A stretch of 33,592 nt of DNA from a virus. Lineage: Duplodnaviria > Caudoviricetes. Below the pieces are notes generated by a model. The model ran no database searches and was not told the origin of the DNA. It saw only the letters and a list, made by a program, of their open reading frames with translations. Within the stretch, counting starts at the first letter, position 1. Every line of letters begins with the position of its first letter. The DNA lies in the IMG/VR virus record IMGVR_UViG_3300032143_000008, positions 1-33,592 of that record. One strand, given 5' to 3'. Position numbers and translations under genes: made by a program. This document shows positions 1 to 9,178 of the stretch, piece by piece.

Positions 1-478
1 TATTAAGAGCTTGAACTCCATAAACCTTCACACCTATTTCCAAAAGACATTTCAATTCATTACGCCAATCTAGATGCATTTTGTTTTGGGCTTCATGAGC
101 AGAGTGAGGAACATCATCACCAATCAATATCAAAACCTTACTCTTCCCTGCTGTCCATTTAAAATTTCTAGCCGTATGCAAAACTAATTCATAACACTCA
201 GGAGCATCACCACCACCAGTATTTCCACAGTTCTGAATAAAATTTACAAGACTAGTTTTATCATCTGTCAACTCATGTGTCTTGATCACATAAGAATTTT
301 TATCACTAGCATCACAATAATCGCCATGAGCTACAACACCCATCTTGAAATTTGGAACGTCTGCAAAAAGAGTCTTAGCAAAATTTGATACTTCTCTTCT
401 TACCAAATTAAGACATTGATACATTGATCCAGTTGTATCGAAGGATACTACTACTTCGATATCTTCTGTAGATTTCAT
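1..478 (-). CDS. von Willebrand factor A (vWA) domain protein, runs off the left edge
   Basis: Not in the ORF track. Manual translation from ATG at 478 (AGGAG upstream): MKSTEDIEVVVSFDTTGSM...HGDYCD...TGGGDAPECYE...ILIGDDVPH; MIDAS-like DxTGS, GGGDxPE and IGD motifs. Confidence 0.85.
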   Translation of the reverse strand, partial: MKSTEDIEVVVSFDTTGSMYQCLNLVRREVSNFAKTLFADVPNFKMGVVAHGDYCDASDKNSYVIKTHELTDDKTSLVNFIQNCGNTGGGDAPECYELVLHTARNFKWTAGKSKVLILIGDDVPHSAHEAQNKMHLDWRNELKCLLEIGVKVYGVQALN

Positions 479-499
479 ACTACTTCTCCTTTTAAATTG

Positions 500-670
500 T
501 TATAATGGTTCAGCACTTTTTAAAACAATAGTTTTATTTCCATACTTATACAACACAATATCGTGTGTATTAAAGTCTTTAGGGTATTCAAACAGTTCCT
601 CTAGTTTTGGATTTTTCTTGTTGCCCTTAAAAATTATGGGCAAATCTTCTGGATAAAGAACAATAACCAT
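500..670 (-). CDS. small hypothetical protein (56 aa, MVIVLYPEDLP...)
   Basis: Manual ORF with AAGGAG RBS, fills the intergenic gap. Confidence 0.6.
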   Translation of the reverse strand: MVIVLYPEDLPIIFKGNKKNPKLEELFEYPKDFNTHDIVLYKYGNKTIVLKSAEPL

Positions 671-680
671 TTTCAACTCC

Positions 681-836
681 TTATAATTTTTTTTGTTTTT
701 CTTGATTAATTTTAATTTGAAGTTTGTGAATTTTATGATTTAATCTATTTATTTGATCACTATTATAATTCTTGTTATAACTACAAAGCTTTCGTAAATG
801 CTCCTTTGCTACTTCTAATTCTTTTTTATAATCCAT
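681..836 (-). CDS. small basic hypothetical protein (51 aa, MDYKKELEVAK...)
   Basis: Manual ORF tightly packed between neighbours. Confidence 0.5.
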   Translation of the reverse strand: MDYKKELEVAKEHLRKLCSYNKNYNSDQINRLNHKIHKLQIKINQEKQKKL

Positions 837-838
837 AA

Positions 839-1519
839 TTAAAGCATTGTCATTCTGACATTGTTTTGAGGTACAAAAATATTATCGGGACTAGTATTAT
901 TCATTATTAGCTTTCCATATTTAGAATAATAGTCTTCAACTGAAATAACAAATTTAGATTTAGCTTTGATCATCCATTCCTTTATATCTTCATAAAAAGA
1001 ATTACCATCAATGATTTCAACAGGATCATTAAATGTTTGACCATAATTCTGTATAATCATTGCCATAACATGAATCTTTAGGGCATATCCTTCATACTGA
1101 TGGATAGTTTCTTCTATACCATCTAAATTTTTATAAAGACTATCTGGTACACATTTACCGGCTCGTAAATCAAAAATACCATTTGTAAAATGATTTAAAG
1201 TCCAATTTTGTTTTTTAACTATAACTTTAATATGTTCAAAGTTATATAAAACTTTAGGATCATTTCTAACATAGAAATGAACGTATGCTCCTTCAGCATA
1301 ATGAGTTTTTGGTTCATCAAACTCTTCACCTTCATAAGTATAACCACAACAACAAAACTTAGGAATCATTCCTATTCTAGCCAATTCAAATACTAAAGGA
1401 CGTATAGGACGATCAATACAATCAAAGACCGTCCTTGTTTCACGATCAGCATTTATTTTTTTAAGACGTTTCATAAATGCTTCTTTATTAATCTTAGTAC
1501 TAATCCTTCCATTTGACAT
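839..1519 (-). CDS. hypothetical protein
   Basis: ORF track 839..1534; ATG at 1519 (MSNGR) has AAGGA upstream. The CIDRPIRPLVFEL...PKFCCCG segment looks like a small conserved motif; no function assigned. Confidence 0.7.
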   Translation of the reverse strand: MSNGRISTKINKEAFMKRLKKINADRETRTVFDCIDRPIRPLVFELARIGMIPKFCCCGYTYEGEEFDEPKTHYAEGAYVHFYVRNDPKVLYNFEHIKVIVKKQNWTLNHFTNGIFDLRAGKCVPDSLYKNLDGIEETIHQYEGYALKIHVMAMIIQNYGQTFNDPVEIIDGNSFYEDIKEWMIKAKSKFVISVEDYYSKYGKLIMNNTSPDNIFVPQNNVRMTML

Positions 1520-1530
1520 CGTACATCCTT

Positions 1531-2529
1531 TCAAAAATCAGTATTATATTTTAGATGATCACTTAACGGTTCAGGTGGTCTAGTTCTTTCTTCTACTTTA
1601 TTAAGGACTTTTTCCATATTGTCAAGTCTATCCATCATCATCTTGACGGATACATATTCAGTTCCTTGCTTTTGCATTTTAGATTCAGAACCATACCATT
1701 CTTCTATGCAATTAGAAAGAAGCTGATGTAATGCTCCGGTTTGTGGTTGCATAGCCAAAGAAGAACTAAGAGAAAGCTTTTCAAGTTCTTCTAGTCTATT
1801 CAAAACATATTGTTCGAATCTATTAAAATCTCCCCACTCCCCTCTTCTCATTGCTTTACATTCTTCTCTATTTCTCATTAGATCAAGATCATTCTCTGTC
1901 AACATCTGATGAAGTTGATCTAGAAGTCTCAATGGATGATATGCCATTTTCACATCATAACCAAATTTTTCAAAATATTCTTTTCTAGTTTGATTATCAC
2001 AAGTATGTTTGTCATTCCATTCTTTAACACCATTCTTTAATCTAGACAACTGTTGAAAGGCATATCCTTTAAAAGCATGGAATGATCTCATTGAAAGAAA
2101 TAACTTTCTATTATCTCTAAGAGTCCATCCAATATTATGAGCATATTTAACTAATGCTCTTCTAGCAAAAAGAGATTCTACTAATGAAGGAGAACCTTTC
2201 ATTCCTGCAAGAAAAAAGAAATTGACTAGAGATTGCCACTCACCTTCAACATCTGTTCCATTTTCTAATTGTAGTCTAGTCGTTTTATCCTTGCATGTTT
2301 TATGTTCAAAGGAAGGATATTGATCAAATCCTAGAACAAATCCATAAGACTGAGGATAAAGATGTTCATGCTTCGGCATGACTAGAGCTACGAAATCGAA
2401 ATCTGAATTCTCATTATTAGTTCCATAAGCTTGAGAACCCATTATTACTTCATACAATAGATTATCTTTCATCCATTGTTCTGAAGATTGAAATCTCTTT
2501 TGAGCAAATAATTCTGTAAAAGTATCCAT
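1531..2529 (-). CDS. DNA polymerase beta-superfamily nucleotidyltransferase (RlaP/YcgL-like)
   Basis: GSQAYGTNNENSDFDF (GS...DxD) signature, plus KGYAFQQL and GYDVKMAYHPLRLL motifs typical of this family. Confidence 0.8.
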   Translation of the reverse strand: MDTFTELFAQKRFQSSEQWMKDNLLYEVIMGSQAYGTNNENSDFDFVALVMPKHEHLYPQSYGFVLGFDQYPSFEHKTCKDKTTRLQLENGTDVEGEWQSLVNFFFLAGMKGSPSLVESLFARRALVKYAHNIGWTLRDNRKLFLSMRSFHAFKGYAFQQLSRLKNGVKEWNDKHTCDNQTRKEYFEKFGYDVKMAYHPLRLLDQLHQMLTENDLDLMRNREECKAMRRGEWGDFNRFEQYVLNRLEELEKLSLSSSLAMQPQTGALHQLLSNCIEEWYGSESKMQKQGTEYVSVKMMMDRLDNMEKVLNKVEERTRPPEPLSDHLKYNTDF

Positions 2530-2545
2530 TGTTATTCCTTTTTAA

Positions 2546-2761
2546 TTACATTAAAGCTGGACAATACGAACCGAAGTCTTTTAGTGTCATTACTTGTGGA
2601 TTAATAAATTCTATAATTCCCCATTTAAAAACAAGATCATGAGCTTTAGGATGTAACTTTCTTGTTCGTGATTTAATTAGAAATTTAAATTCATTCCAAT
2701 TTAAATCAGATTTAACAGGCAACGCCATCATTCCTTCGCCTTTAATAACATAAGTAAACAT
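2546..2761 (-). CDS. hypothetical protein
   Basis: ORF track, packed in operon. Confidence 0.6.
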   Translation of the reverse strand: MFTYVIKGEGMMALPVKSDLNWNEFKFLIKSRTRKLHPKAHDLVFKWGIIEFINPQVMTLKDFGSYCPALM

Positions 2762-2762
2762 A

Positions 2763-3047
2763 TTAATCTTTATCTAAAAGTTTAAGTTGTTCATATGGAA
2801 TAAAATCTGAACGAAGGTCTTTAGTAGTTGACCACCATTGAATCTTAACTCCTGGATTTATTGTACATATTACTTGATAATTACATCCAAGTTTAAAAGT
2901 TTTATTATGATGTCCAACAACCGTAACTTTGCATCCTAAATAATAAACACTAGTTCCAATTGGATATTTTTGTTCGACTTGTTTTAAACGTTTTTCATTA
3001 TCTTCTCTCTCTAATTTTTCTTTTAATCTTTTAGCTGATCCAAACAT
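2763..3047 (-). CDS. hypothetical protein
   Basis: ORF track, AAAGGAG RBS, first gene after the promoter at 3095. Confidence 0.7.
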   Translation of the reverse strand: MFGSAKRLKEKLEREDNEKRLKQVEQKYPIGTSVYYLGCKVTVVGHHNKTFKLGCNYQVICTINPGVKIQWWSTTKDLRSDFIPYEQLKLLDKD

Positions 3048-3066
3048 TCTTATCTCCTTTTAATTA

Positions 3067-3095
3067 AATATAATTTATGGTAATAATAAAGTCAA
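3067..3095 (-). promoter_or_regulatory. sigma70/sigmaA-type promoter TTGACT-N17-TATATT
   Basis: Near-consensus -35/-10 with 17-nt spacer containing CCAT; same motif at 15187 and 17183. Confidence 0.75.
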
Positions 3096-3097
3096 TG

Positions 3098-4783
3098 TTA
3101 TTTTGTAGAAACTTTATAGAGAAACTTTTCATTAATAAAATGAACCTTCCCACCTATCTCAACTAGTTTCATAGAACTATCGAAAGGAGGATTAGCAATT
3201 GTTTTAATCTTAGAATTATCTTTAAATAGTTCTAATTCATTATCAGTACTTAACAAGGCACAAATATCATTAGGAAGAACAGTAAAATTAATTGCATCAT
3301 AATTTACATCGTCTATCTTCCTGACTGTATATTTTGTGTAGGTATTGTCAAATACAAATACAAATCTATAATATACATTTTTCTTTTCGGCTGTAACTAC
3401 ACAAACTTTGTTTATCATTTTCATATCAATGATACGATGCTTCTTTAATTCTGGGACCATAACATTGACACACATTCCTTGACTATAAGGAATAGTCAAC
3501 ACACTAGTATCCATAAGGTCTTGATAAATTACCCCCTCAAATAAATGACTAGCCAATGTAGAAACAGATGCCGCAGTTCTCATATTAGCCAAGACTTTAC
3601 CATTAGGCAAAGTTCTAAGACTAGTCTCAATCAATTTATCATCATATATAGAATAGATACATTTATTCTTATACATGATGTCTTTTGCTTTAATAGCATG
3701 AACATCTAGAGATTTAAATGTTTTAAGTTCTGCATTGTGTCCCATTAATTGACAAGTCATAATATCCATATCCAATGTAGAACCGACTATTACTTTCTTA
3801 TTCTTATCTAGATCGGCTATCTTCTTTCCATTGGAATATATTGCATTCTTAGTAACTACATATTTAATTCCCATGATGTCAACTATATCAACAATATTTT
3901 CAGGAGCTTCTAGTATTCTTTCAATATCAAATCCTTCACTGCCTTTAATAATAACAATATGACTAGGCACTCCAACAGGAGCAATCGAATCAGCTATAGG
4001 AGGAATACTTCTTTCATTTTTAGTAAACACATTCTGAAACCAGTCTAGATGTCTTTTAGGAATGACAGTAAACTTATTACATACATTTGGTAATGTAACA
4101 TGTTTATCAAATACAGAAATATTATCATCCATTCTTTTTTGCCATTCAGAAGGTTTATAGTTTGGATGTTTTCCTTTGTATGGGTGAATCCCTATATAAA
4201 GTTGAAAGGATAATATAGCAAAGGCAAACCAATCTGTCATTTCATTAAAGGTTCCAAATGGAAATAGTCTGTCTCTAACACTATCCATGATAGCAGTCGC
4301 AGGAAAATTAGGAGTCTGATAACTATCAACGTCTATAAAGATAGGAACCTTGAACATATCTTTGACTAGTATATTCAATTCATTGAGATCGGCTATAACA
4401 CATTTATCTGTATGAACATTCTGAACAGTCAGTTGAATATTCTTAACTAGATCGCAAATATCTTTTTCAGTTATGTTCTGATTATCTTTAAATGTTTTAG
4501 TAAACAATTTACAAAGAGGAACACCATCTGTAACAAAGTCCATCATGAATCCAACATTCTTATTATAAGAATCATATACAACCGATAAAGGTTTAAGAAC
4601 ATTCTTATCTCTAATAGTTGATAATTCTTTTATCTTCTGTTCAGATATAGCTTTATGAAGATCATGATATATTTTAATAGCATGATTATTCAAAACATAT
4701 ATCTTAGCTTCTCCACCTTCAGCTAAATAATTCTTACTGCTTAAAGTTATCTTACCAAGACTAGGTATAAAATAATTACTCAT
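3098..4783 (-). CDS. Ser/Thr protein kinase (YegI/TerY-P triad type) with C-terminal beta-rich domain
   Basis: LAEGGEAKIY glycine loop, AIKIY lysine, IADLNELNILV catalytic loop, FIDVDSY, TDWFAFA, GIHPY. Confidence 0.85.
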   Translation of the reverse strand: MSNYFIPSLGKITLSSKNYLAEGGEAKIYVLNNHAIKIYHDLHKAISEQKIKELSTIRDKNVLKPLSVVYDSYNKNVGFMMDFVTDGVPLCKLFTKTFKDNQNITEKDICDLVKNIQLTVQNVHTDKCVIADLNELNILVKDMFKVPIFIDVDSYQTPNFPATAIMDSVRDRLFPFGTFNEMTDWFAFAILSFQLYIGIHPYKGKHPNYKPSEWQKRMDDNISVFDKHVTLPNVCNKFTVIPKRHLDWFQNVFTKNERSIPPIADSIAPVGVPSHIVIIKGSEGFDIERILEAPENIVDIVDIMGIKYVVTKNAIYSNGKKIADLDKNKKVIVGSTLDMDIMTCQLMGHNAELKTFKSLDVHAIKAKDIMYKNKCIYSIYDDKLIETSLRTLPNGKVLANMRTAASVSTLASHLFEGVIYQDLMDTSVLTIPYSQGMCVNVMVPELKKHRIIDMKMINKVCVVTAEKKNVYYRFVFVFDNTYTKYTVRKIDDVNYDAINFTVLPNDICALLSTDNELELFKDNSKIKTIANPPFDSSMKLVEIGGKVHFINEKFLYKVSTK

Positions 4784-4784
4784 T

Positions 4785-4991
4785 TTAATCTTTCATATCG
4801 GGATAGTTTATTTTAATATATACAATTTTATATTGTACTGCCTCTATACTATCTTTAATTTCATAAACATCATCTTGATTATAATTTCTATCATCTGAAT
4901 TAATACAATCTTGATCATATTCTTCTAGTCTTTTTATAAAGTCAGAAAGACTTTTATCTAAATCATTTAAGATTTTTACAAACTTATTCAT
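4785..4991 (-). CDS. hypothetical protein
   Basis: ORF track, AAAGGA RBS. Confidence 0.6.
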   Translation of the reverse strand: MNKFVKILNDLDKSLSDFIKRLEEYDQDCINSDDRNYNQDDVYEIKDSIEAVQYKIVYIKINYPDMKD

Positions 4992-5154
4992 GATTATCCT
5001 TTTTTAATTCGATTAATATTTCTTCACAACCTTCTATAAAAATTACTAATCTAGATTCTGTTTGGCAATAAATATCTCCTCTACAATTACCAGGATCAAA
5101 ATTTAACATTTCGTTTATTTTATCTATTATTTTTTGTTTTAATATATCATTCAT
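4984..5154 (-). CDS. small hypothetical protein (56 aa, MNDILKQKII...)
   Basis: Manual ORF filling the gap and overlapping the next gene start. Confidence 0.55.
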   Translation of the reverse strand: MNDILKQKIIDKINEMLNFDPGNCRGDIYCQTESRLVIFIEGCEEILIELKKDNHE

Positions 5155-5156
5155 AA

Positions 5157-6002
5157 TTATTCCTGTTCAAAATAAAGAGTTGCTATAGAAATATCATCGT
5201 CATGTTTAATATTATCCTTCAAGCATTGTCTTTTATAAGCCAACAATCTTCTAGATACAAAATCTCCAGTAACATTTTTAAAATTTGTAAATTCATTACA
5301 AACATTGTAGAGGTCTAGTTTCTCTCTATCCTTTGTAAATGTATGGACTCCATCCGAAAAAACAGAAATAGATTGTAATTTCATAGCTACATTATCAATC
5401 CATCTGTAAGTATCTTCAGTTGGAATAGAATTACAACTGTGTTCAGATTTATCTTTATGATGTATGCTTTTAAAAAATTTCTCCATTCCTTTAAATTGAC
5501 GTTGATAATCTGCATTTCTAGATTTAGATAATGCTTCATATGAAATATAATAAGGAGCATTAGATAAATATTCCATTGTAAACGTATGCGATATTCCTTC
5601 AGCCGTTCTTAAAATAATTACTCCATCACCATACATATATACTTCTGTTTTTAATCCATCTGTAACTGCTATGACTAGAGTTGCATCAAACATCAACGGA
5701 GTTATCGATGCAGAGAACATAGTAGAACAATTTTGTATCGCTATCTTCATTTGTTCTTTAAAAGACTTAGACCTATACTCAGTTGTACTTTCATGCAAAT
5801 AAGCATAGACCAAAGCATTATGAGCTAACAAAGTTAGAAGTCTAGAACCTACATCAGTATCTTTAGAAGAAGAACAACCATCACTTACAATTGCATAATG
5901 GTAATCTTTATCTTCTATGGAAAACTTTCCAGTTCTAGCATAGTCTTCACAGACTATATGATTGCTTCCTATCTCATAATAACTATCCATTAAAATTTTC
6001 AT
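5157..6002 (-). CDS. PP2C-family protein phosphatase
   Basis: CEDYA, VSDGCSSS, DATL, YGDG, FSDGV and DDDISI metal-binding motifs. Confidence 0.85.
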   Translation of the reverse strand: MKILMDSYYEIGSNHIVCEDYARTGKFSIEDKDYHYAIVSDGCSSSKDTDVGSRLLTLLAHNALVYAYLHESTTEYRSKSFKEQMKIAIQNCSTMFSASITPLMFDATLVIAVTDGLKTEVYMYGDGVIILRTAEGISHTFTMEYLSNAPYYISYEALSKSRNADYQRQFKGMEKFFKSIHHKDKSEHSCNSIPTEDTYRWIDNVAMKLQSISVFSDGVHTFTKDREKLDLYNVCNEFTNFKNVTGDFVSRRLLAYKRQCLKDNIKHDDDISIATLYFEQE

Positions 6003-6020
6003 ATTGTTCCTTTATTAATT

Positions 6021-6179
6021 AAAATAGTTATCTCCTACCCACTTCTATTCTTTTGTATGTAATATCATTATAAGAGATATTATATAATTTAAATCTATTT
6101 AAATAGATTTTCTATATAGAATAGATTGCTCGTTTTAGGAGAACACCCACCCCGTTAAGATTGCTCTCATAACTATTTT
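6021..6179. ncRNA. putative multibranched structured RNA (or MITE-like element) between the vWA and PP2C genes
   Basis: Nested inverted repeats: 6021-6031/6169-6179 (11 bp), 6031-6037/6136-6142, 6044-6051/6118-6125, 6056-6066/6076-6086, 6091-6110; duplicated motifs ACCCAC and AGATTGCTC. Confidence 0.5.
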
Positions 6180-6186
6180 CATTTCA

Positions 6187-6918
6187 TTAAATCGACAACG
6201 ACTGACTAGTTCCCCCAGTTCCAAGAGCCTGACTCGTTGAACTCGTCGAACGACTAATGTATCCTGCAAGCTTGGCAAGTTTACTAGGACTTACATCACC
6301 CATCTCAATATACTCTGTAAAATCTCCATCGTTCTTAATATCCTGAAGATACGATTGAACAGTAGAGTCACCGTTCATTCCAATAAGAACAGTAGCAATA
6401 GATTCAAGACTAATCTCTTCTTTTCTAATCTTATCTACAATTTTTTTAATTCGACTAGCTGTATAAGTCGAACGATTATCCATACCATCTGTAATAACAA
6501 ATACAATTGCATTTGTCAAATAGTCTTGATCCATCAGCTTCTTACCATAAGCGGCAGTTGCTTCAATAGCATTATAAGTTGTATCTATCAAATTAGTACA
6601 ACCTGAACAGTTAATCTTTCCATCATAATCATTAATCGTGATATTTCCAAGAAGCTTAAAGCCATGAACCTCTTCTTCATCATCAGCAAAAGTTACTAGA
6701 CGAACCATAAGGTTCTCTGCTCTTGCCGACTTCTGACACGATTCAACAGCAGCTTTAATCATCTTCTCAAGATCACGATCATAACCACTAAGGCTAGAAC
6801 TTTTGTCACAAACAATTGTGACTAGAGTATACTCACTACTTCCTAAACTATTCAACTTTGTACAGGAAAAACTGTAATTTGATGTCGTATTAATTGACAT
6901 CATTTTTTCATCGTTCAT
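6187..6918 (-). CDS. TerY-like vWA domain protein
   Basis: DKSSS MIDAS, GCTNLID, VITDGMDN; likely start at ATG 6918 after AGGAG; upstream of the PP2C and kinase genes. Confidence 0.85.
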   Translation of the reverse strand: MNDEKMMSINTTSNYSFSCTKLNSLGSSEYTLVTIVCDKSSSLSGYDRDLEKMIKAAVESCQKSARAENLMVRLVTFADDEEEVHGFKLLGNITINDYDGKINCSGCTNLIDTTYNAIEATAAYGKKLMDQDYLTNAIVFVITDGMDNRSTYTASRIKKIVDKIRKEEISLESIATVLIGMNGDSTVQSYLQDIKNDGDFTEYIEMGDVSPSKLAKLAGYISRSTSSTSQALGTGGTSQSLSI

Positions 6919-7002
6919 ACTAACTCCTTTCAAAATTGTATTGATAATCATATTGATCTTTTAAGAATTCCTTATACAGAATTTCAAAATATTAATAAAT
7001 TA

Positions 7003-7797
7003 TTAACTGAGAATATCTGTACTTGTTGAAATTTGCATTCCTCTTGGAATCATTTCATTTATAAAATCTTTACCAAATTGTTCAAATCCTGTAACATCCG
7101 AAGTACAATCTTGAAGTAAACACATTTTTTTAATATTTTCTTCTCCAAAATTATTTGCAATATCTCGTATCGTATTCGCAACACAGTGACTACGAGCTTC
7201 GCCAGCTAAAATTACAATATCTGATAACGCAAGCAAATCAAGAAGCTGAGTATTCAATTGTGTCGAAGGATCACTTGGGTCTTCAACTTCACTTCGTACA
7301 GCCGAATAATGCTCAGTCAATATATTTGATCCCTTCGTAACATAATTGATCGGGCGAAATTTTTTCATTTCCCATTGACAAATCACATCCGAAAATGCAG
7401 GAACAAGTGCATGACCCCACGATCCAATGATGCAATGATACGGCCAAATTGTTAATTGATACCTTTTATTAGCTTCAAGTGCTTCAACATATGCCAAGGC
7501 TTTCTTATTAAAGCCCGCATATGTAGGAGTCCATTTACCATTTCGTACATCACTTGCCGAAATAATAGTGAAAGGATTTGGATTCTTGCCTTGACTGTCT
7601 ACCCAAAAACAAGGATGGGCAACATCAATCATACGGTGGGAATCAATCGTAACATTGATTCCCGACAACTTATTACCAATACGATTCATCATGGCAACTA
7701 GTCGTTGCATATCTTCCGTTGCTCCTGCAACAAACAAGTTACCTCTTTGATCACAAAAATCATTCTGTGGATCGATGACTAACAACTGAACGTTCAT
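7003..7797 (-). CDS. pncA: nicotinamidase / isochorismatase-family cysteine hydrolase
   Basis: IDPQNDFC, DSH, WPYHC, TKG, GEARSHCV (Asp-Lys-Cys triad and metal ligands); GGAGG RBS. Confidence 0.8.
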   Translation of the reverse strand: MNVQLLVIDPQNDFCDQRGNLFVAGATEDMQRLVAMMNRIGNKLSGINVTIDSHRMIDVAHPCFWVDSQGKNPNPFTIISASDVRNGKWTPTYAGFNKKALAYVEALEANKRYQLTIWPYHCIIGSWGHALVPAFSDVICQWEMKKFRPINYVTKGSNILTEHYSAVRSEVEDPSDPSTQLNTQLLDLLALSDIVILAGEARSHCVANTIRDIANNFGEENIKKMCLLQDCTSDVTGFEQFGKDFINEMIPRGMQISTSTDILS

Positions 7798-8025
7798 ACA
7801 ACCTCCTTCAAGTTTATATTAGTTTTTGGAACAAAATGTTTCTTTGGTATTTTATTTTTAAACATATGTTTAATTTGCACTTTTACATTTGGAAACCATA
7901 ACATTTTAAACATAGATAATTCTTTAATAAAAAGAAATATCTTGCCCCATTTGTTCTACACCACAAACATCACAAGTAAAAGAACTAGTCGAACTGTTAG
8001 ACACAAATCCTTTTCTAATTTTCAT
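7794..8025 (-). pseudogene. frameshifted or internally deleted member of the MKIRxGFVSNSS family
   Basis: ATG 8025 with AGGAGG RBS: MKIRKGFVSNSSTSSFTCDVCG...FY, stop at 7924; another frame continues to a TGA overlapping the pncA ATG. Confidence 0.6.
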
Positions 8026-8035
8026 ATTAACCTCC

Positions 8036-8857
8036 TTAATGATGTGATATAGTTAAACGATTTAATTTTCTAAATATACCTCCATGTTCTAGGGAAGCTT
8101 CCCCGGAATTATCACTATAAGAAAAAATACCTATCCACGATCCTTCAGTATTATTCTTCATAAATTTTTCATAAACTTTATTATGAATCTTGTTTTCTAA
8201 TTTTTTATGTTTACTTTCAATAGTAGCTTCAATTTTATTTTGTTTTAATTTCCATTTTGCAAATGTTTCTATTTCATTAATAGCTTTTTGTTTAATCTTA
8301 AAATTATTTTTAATAATAAAACTACTTAACTCTCGAAGTTCACTTCTACTATTAGCTACATGAAGTATAGCATATTTCCTATTACTTAAAATATCTTTAA
8401 TAATTTTAACATCTTCTAAATTTTCTAATCTCCGTAAAATATTATAAATTATTCTTATTACATCTGGTCCTATATAATAATTTAATTTTTGAATCTCTTG
8501 ATTAATTAATATTTTATTTTCTTGATCCCAATTCTCTAGTTTAAGTAATTCAACAATTAAACTATTCCTACTTCCTAAATAAGAATCAAATTGACTAATC
8601 CAAGAATAACCAATTTCTTTTTTTATTATTTTAATAGATGCTGATCTATTTTGTTTTTTAATATCTTTAAATATTCTAACAACAGCATCTTTAACAGACA
8701 TCTTATCAAGATATTCATCATTGCTAATAGAATCATCTAAATCTTTATTAGGAAATAATAAATCTTTAACTTGTTTCTCATTCTTTGGTTTAAATGGGAA
8801 TATAACAATAAAAGAACTAGAACTACTATTACTTACAAAACCATTCCTAATTTTCAT
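8036..8857 (-). CDS. MKIRNGFVSNSSSSSF-leader protein
   Basis: N-terminal 16-mer shared with three neighbours; C-terminal YSDNSG..LEHGGIF....ISHH. Confidence 0.8.
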   Translation of the reverse strand: MKIRNGFVSNSSSSSFIVIFPFKPKNEKQVKDLLFPNKDLDDSISNDEYLDKMSVKDAVVRIFKDIKKQNRSASIKIIKKEIGYSWISQFDSYLGSRNSLIVELLKLENWDQENKILINQEIQKLNYYIGPDVIRIIYNILRRLENLEDVKIIKDILSNRKYAILHVANSRSELRELSSFIIKNNFKIKQKAINEIETFAKWKLKQNKIEATIESKHKKLENKIHNKVYEKFMKNNTEGSWIGIFSYSDNSGEASLEHGGIFRKLNRLTISHH

Positions 8858-9178
8858 TTAATTTTCTCCATAATGCTTTTTATAAAATTTATTCATTATA
8901 TTTTCATCAAATCCTTTTTCAAGACTATAATTACTATCAAACTTAGCCAAATTTCTAATTCCTAAAGTAGTTAAATATTCTTTCATATCAAAGTTATCCA
9001 TACTAGTTTCACCAACTAAATATCCATCGATAATATCTATAGTCCAAGGATCAGTACAATTTGGATCTTCAATTGCATGATTAACTATTTTAATAAATTG
9101 TTCCTCCGTTATATCTGATAATAAAATTATAAAAGAACTAGAACTACTATTGCTCACGTATCCTTTTCTAATTTTCAT
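8858..9178 (-). CDS. MKIRKGYVSNSSSSSF-leader protein
   Basis: Likely true start at ATG 9178 (ATGA overlap with the upstream stop); shared leader. Confidence 0.8.
   Translation of the reverse strand: MKIRKGYVSNSSSSSFIILLSDITEEQFIKIVNHAIEDPNCTDPWTIDIIDGYLVGETSMDNFDMKEYLTTLGIRNLAKFDSNYSLEKGFDENIMNKFYKKHYGEN

Noticed and set aside
1531-2529. Pol-beta nucleotidyltransferase as a replacement for the deleted NadD
   Set aside because: It has a different fold from HxGH adenylyltransferases, lies in a separate transcription unit, and nothing in the sequence supports the idea.
6056-6155. Resemblance of the minus strand (GGGUGUUCUCCUAAAAC...UAAUGAUAUUAC) to a fluoride riboswitch
   Set aside because: It lacks the conserved GAUG core, the pseudoknot would be mostly G-U pairs, and there is no fluoride-related gene downstream.
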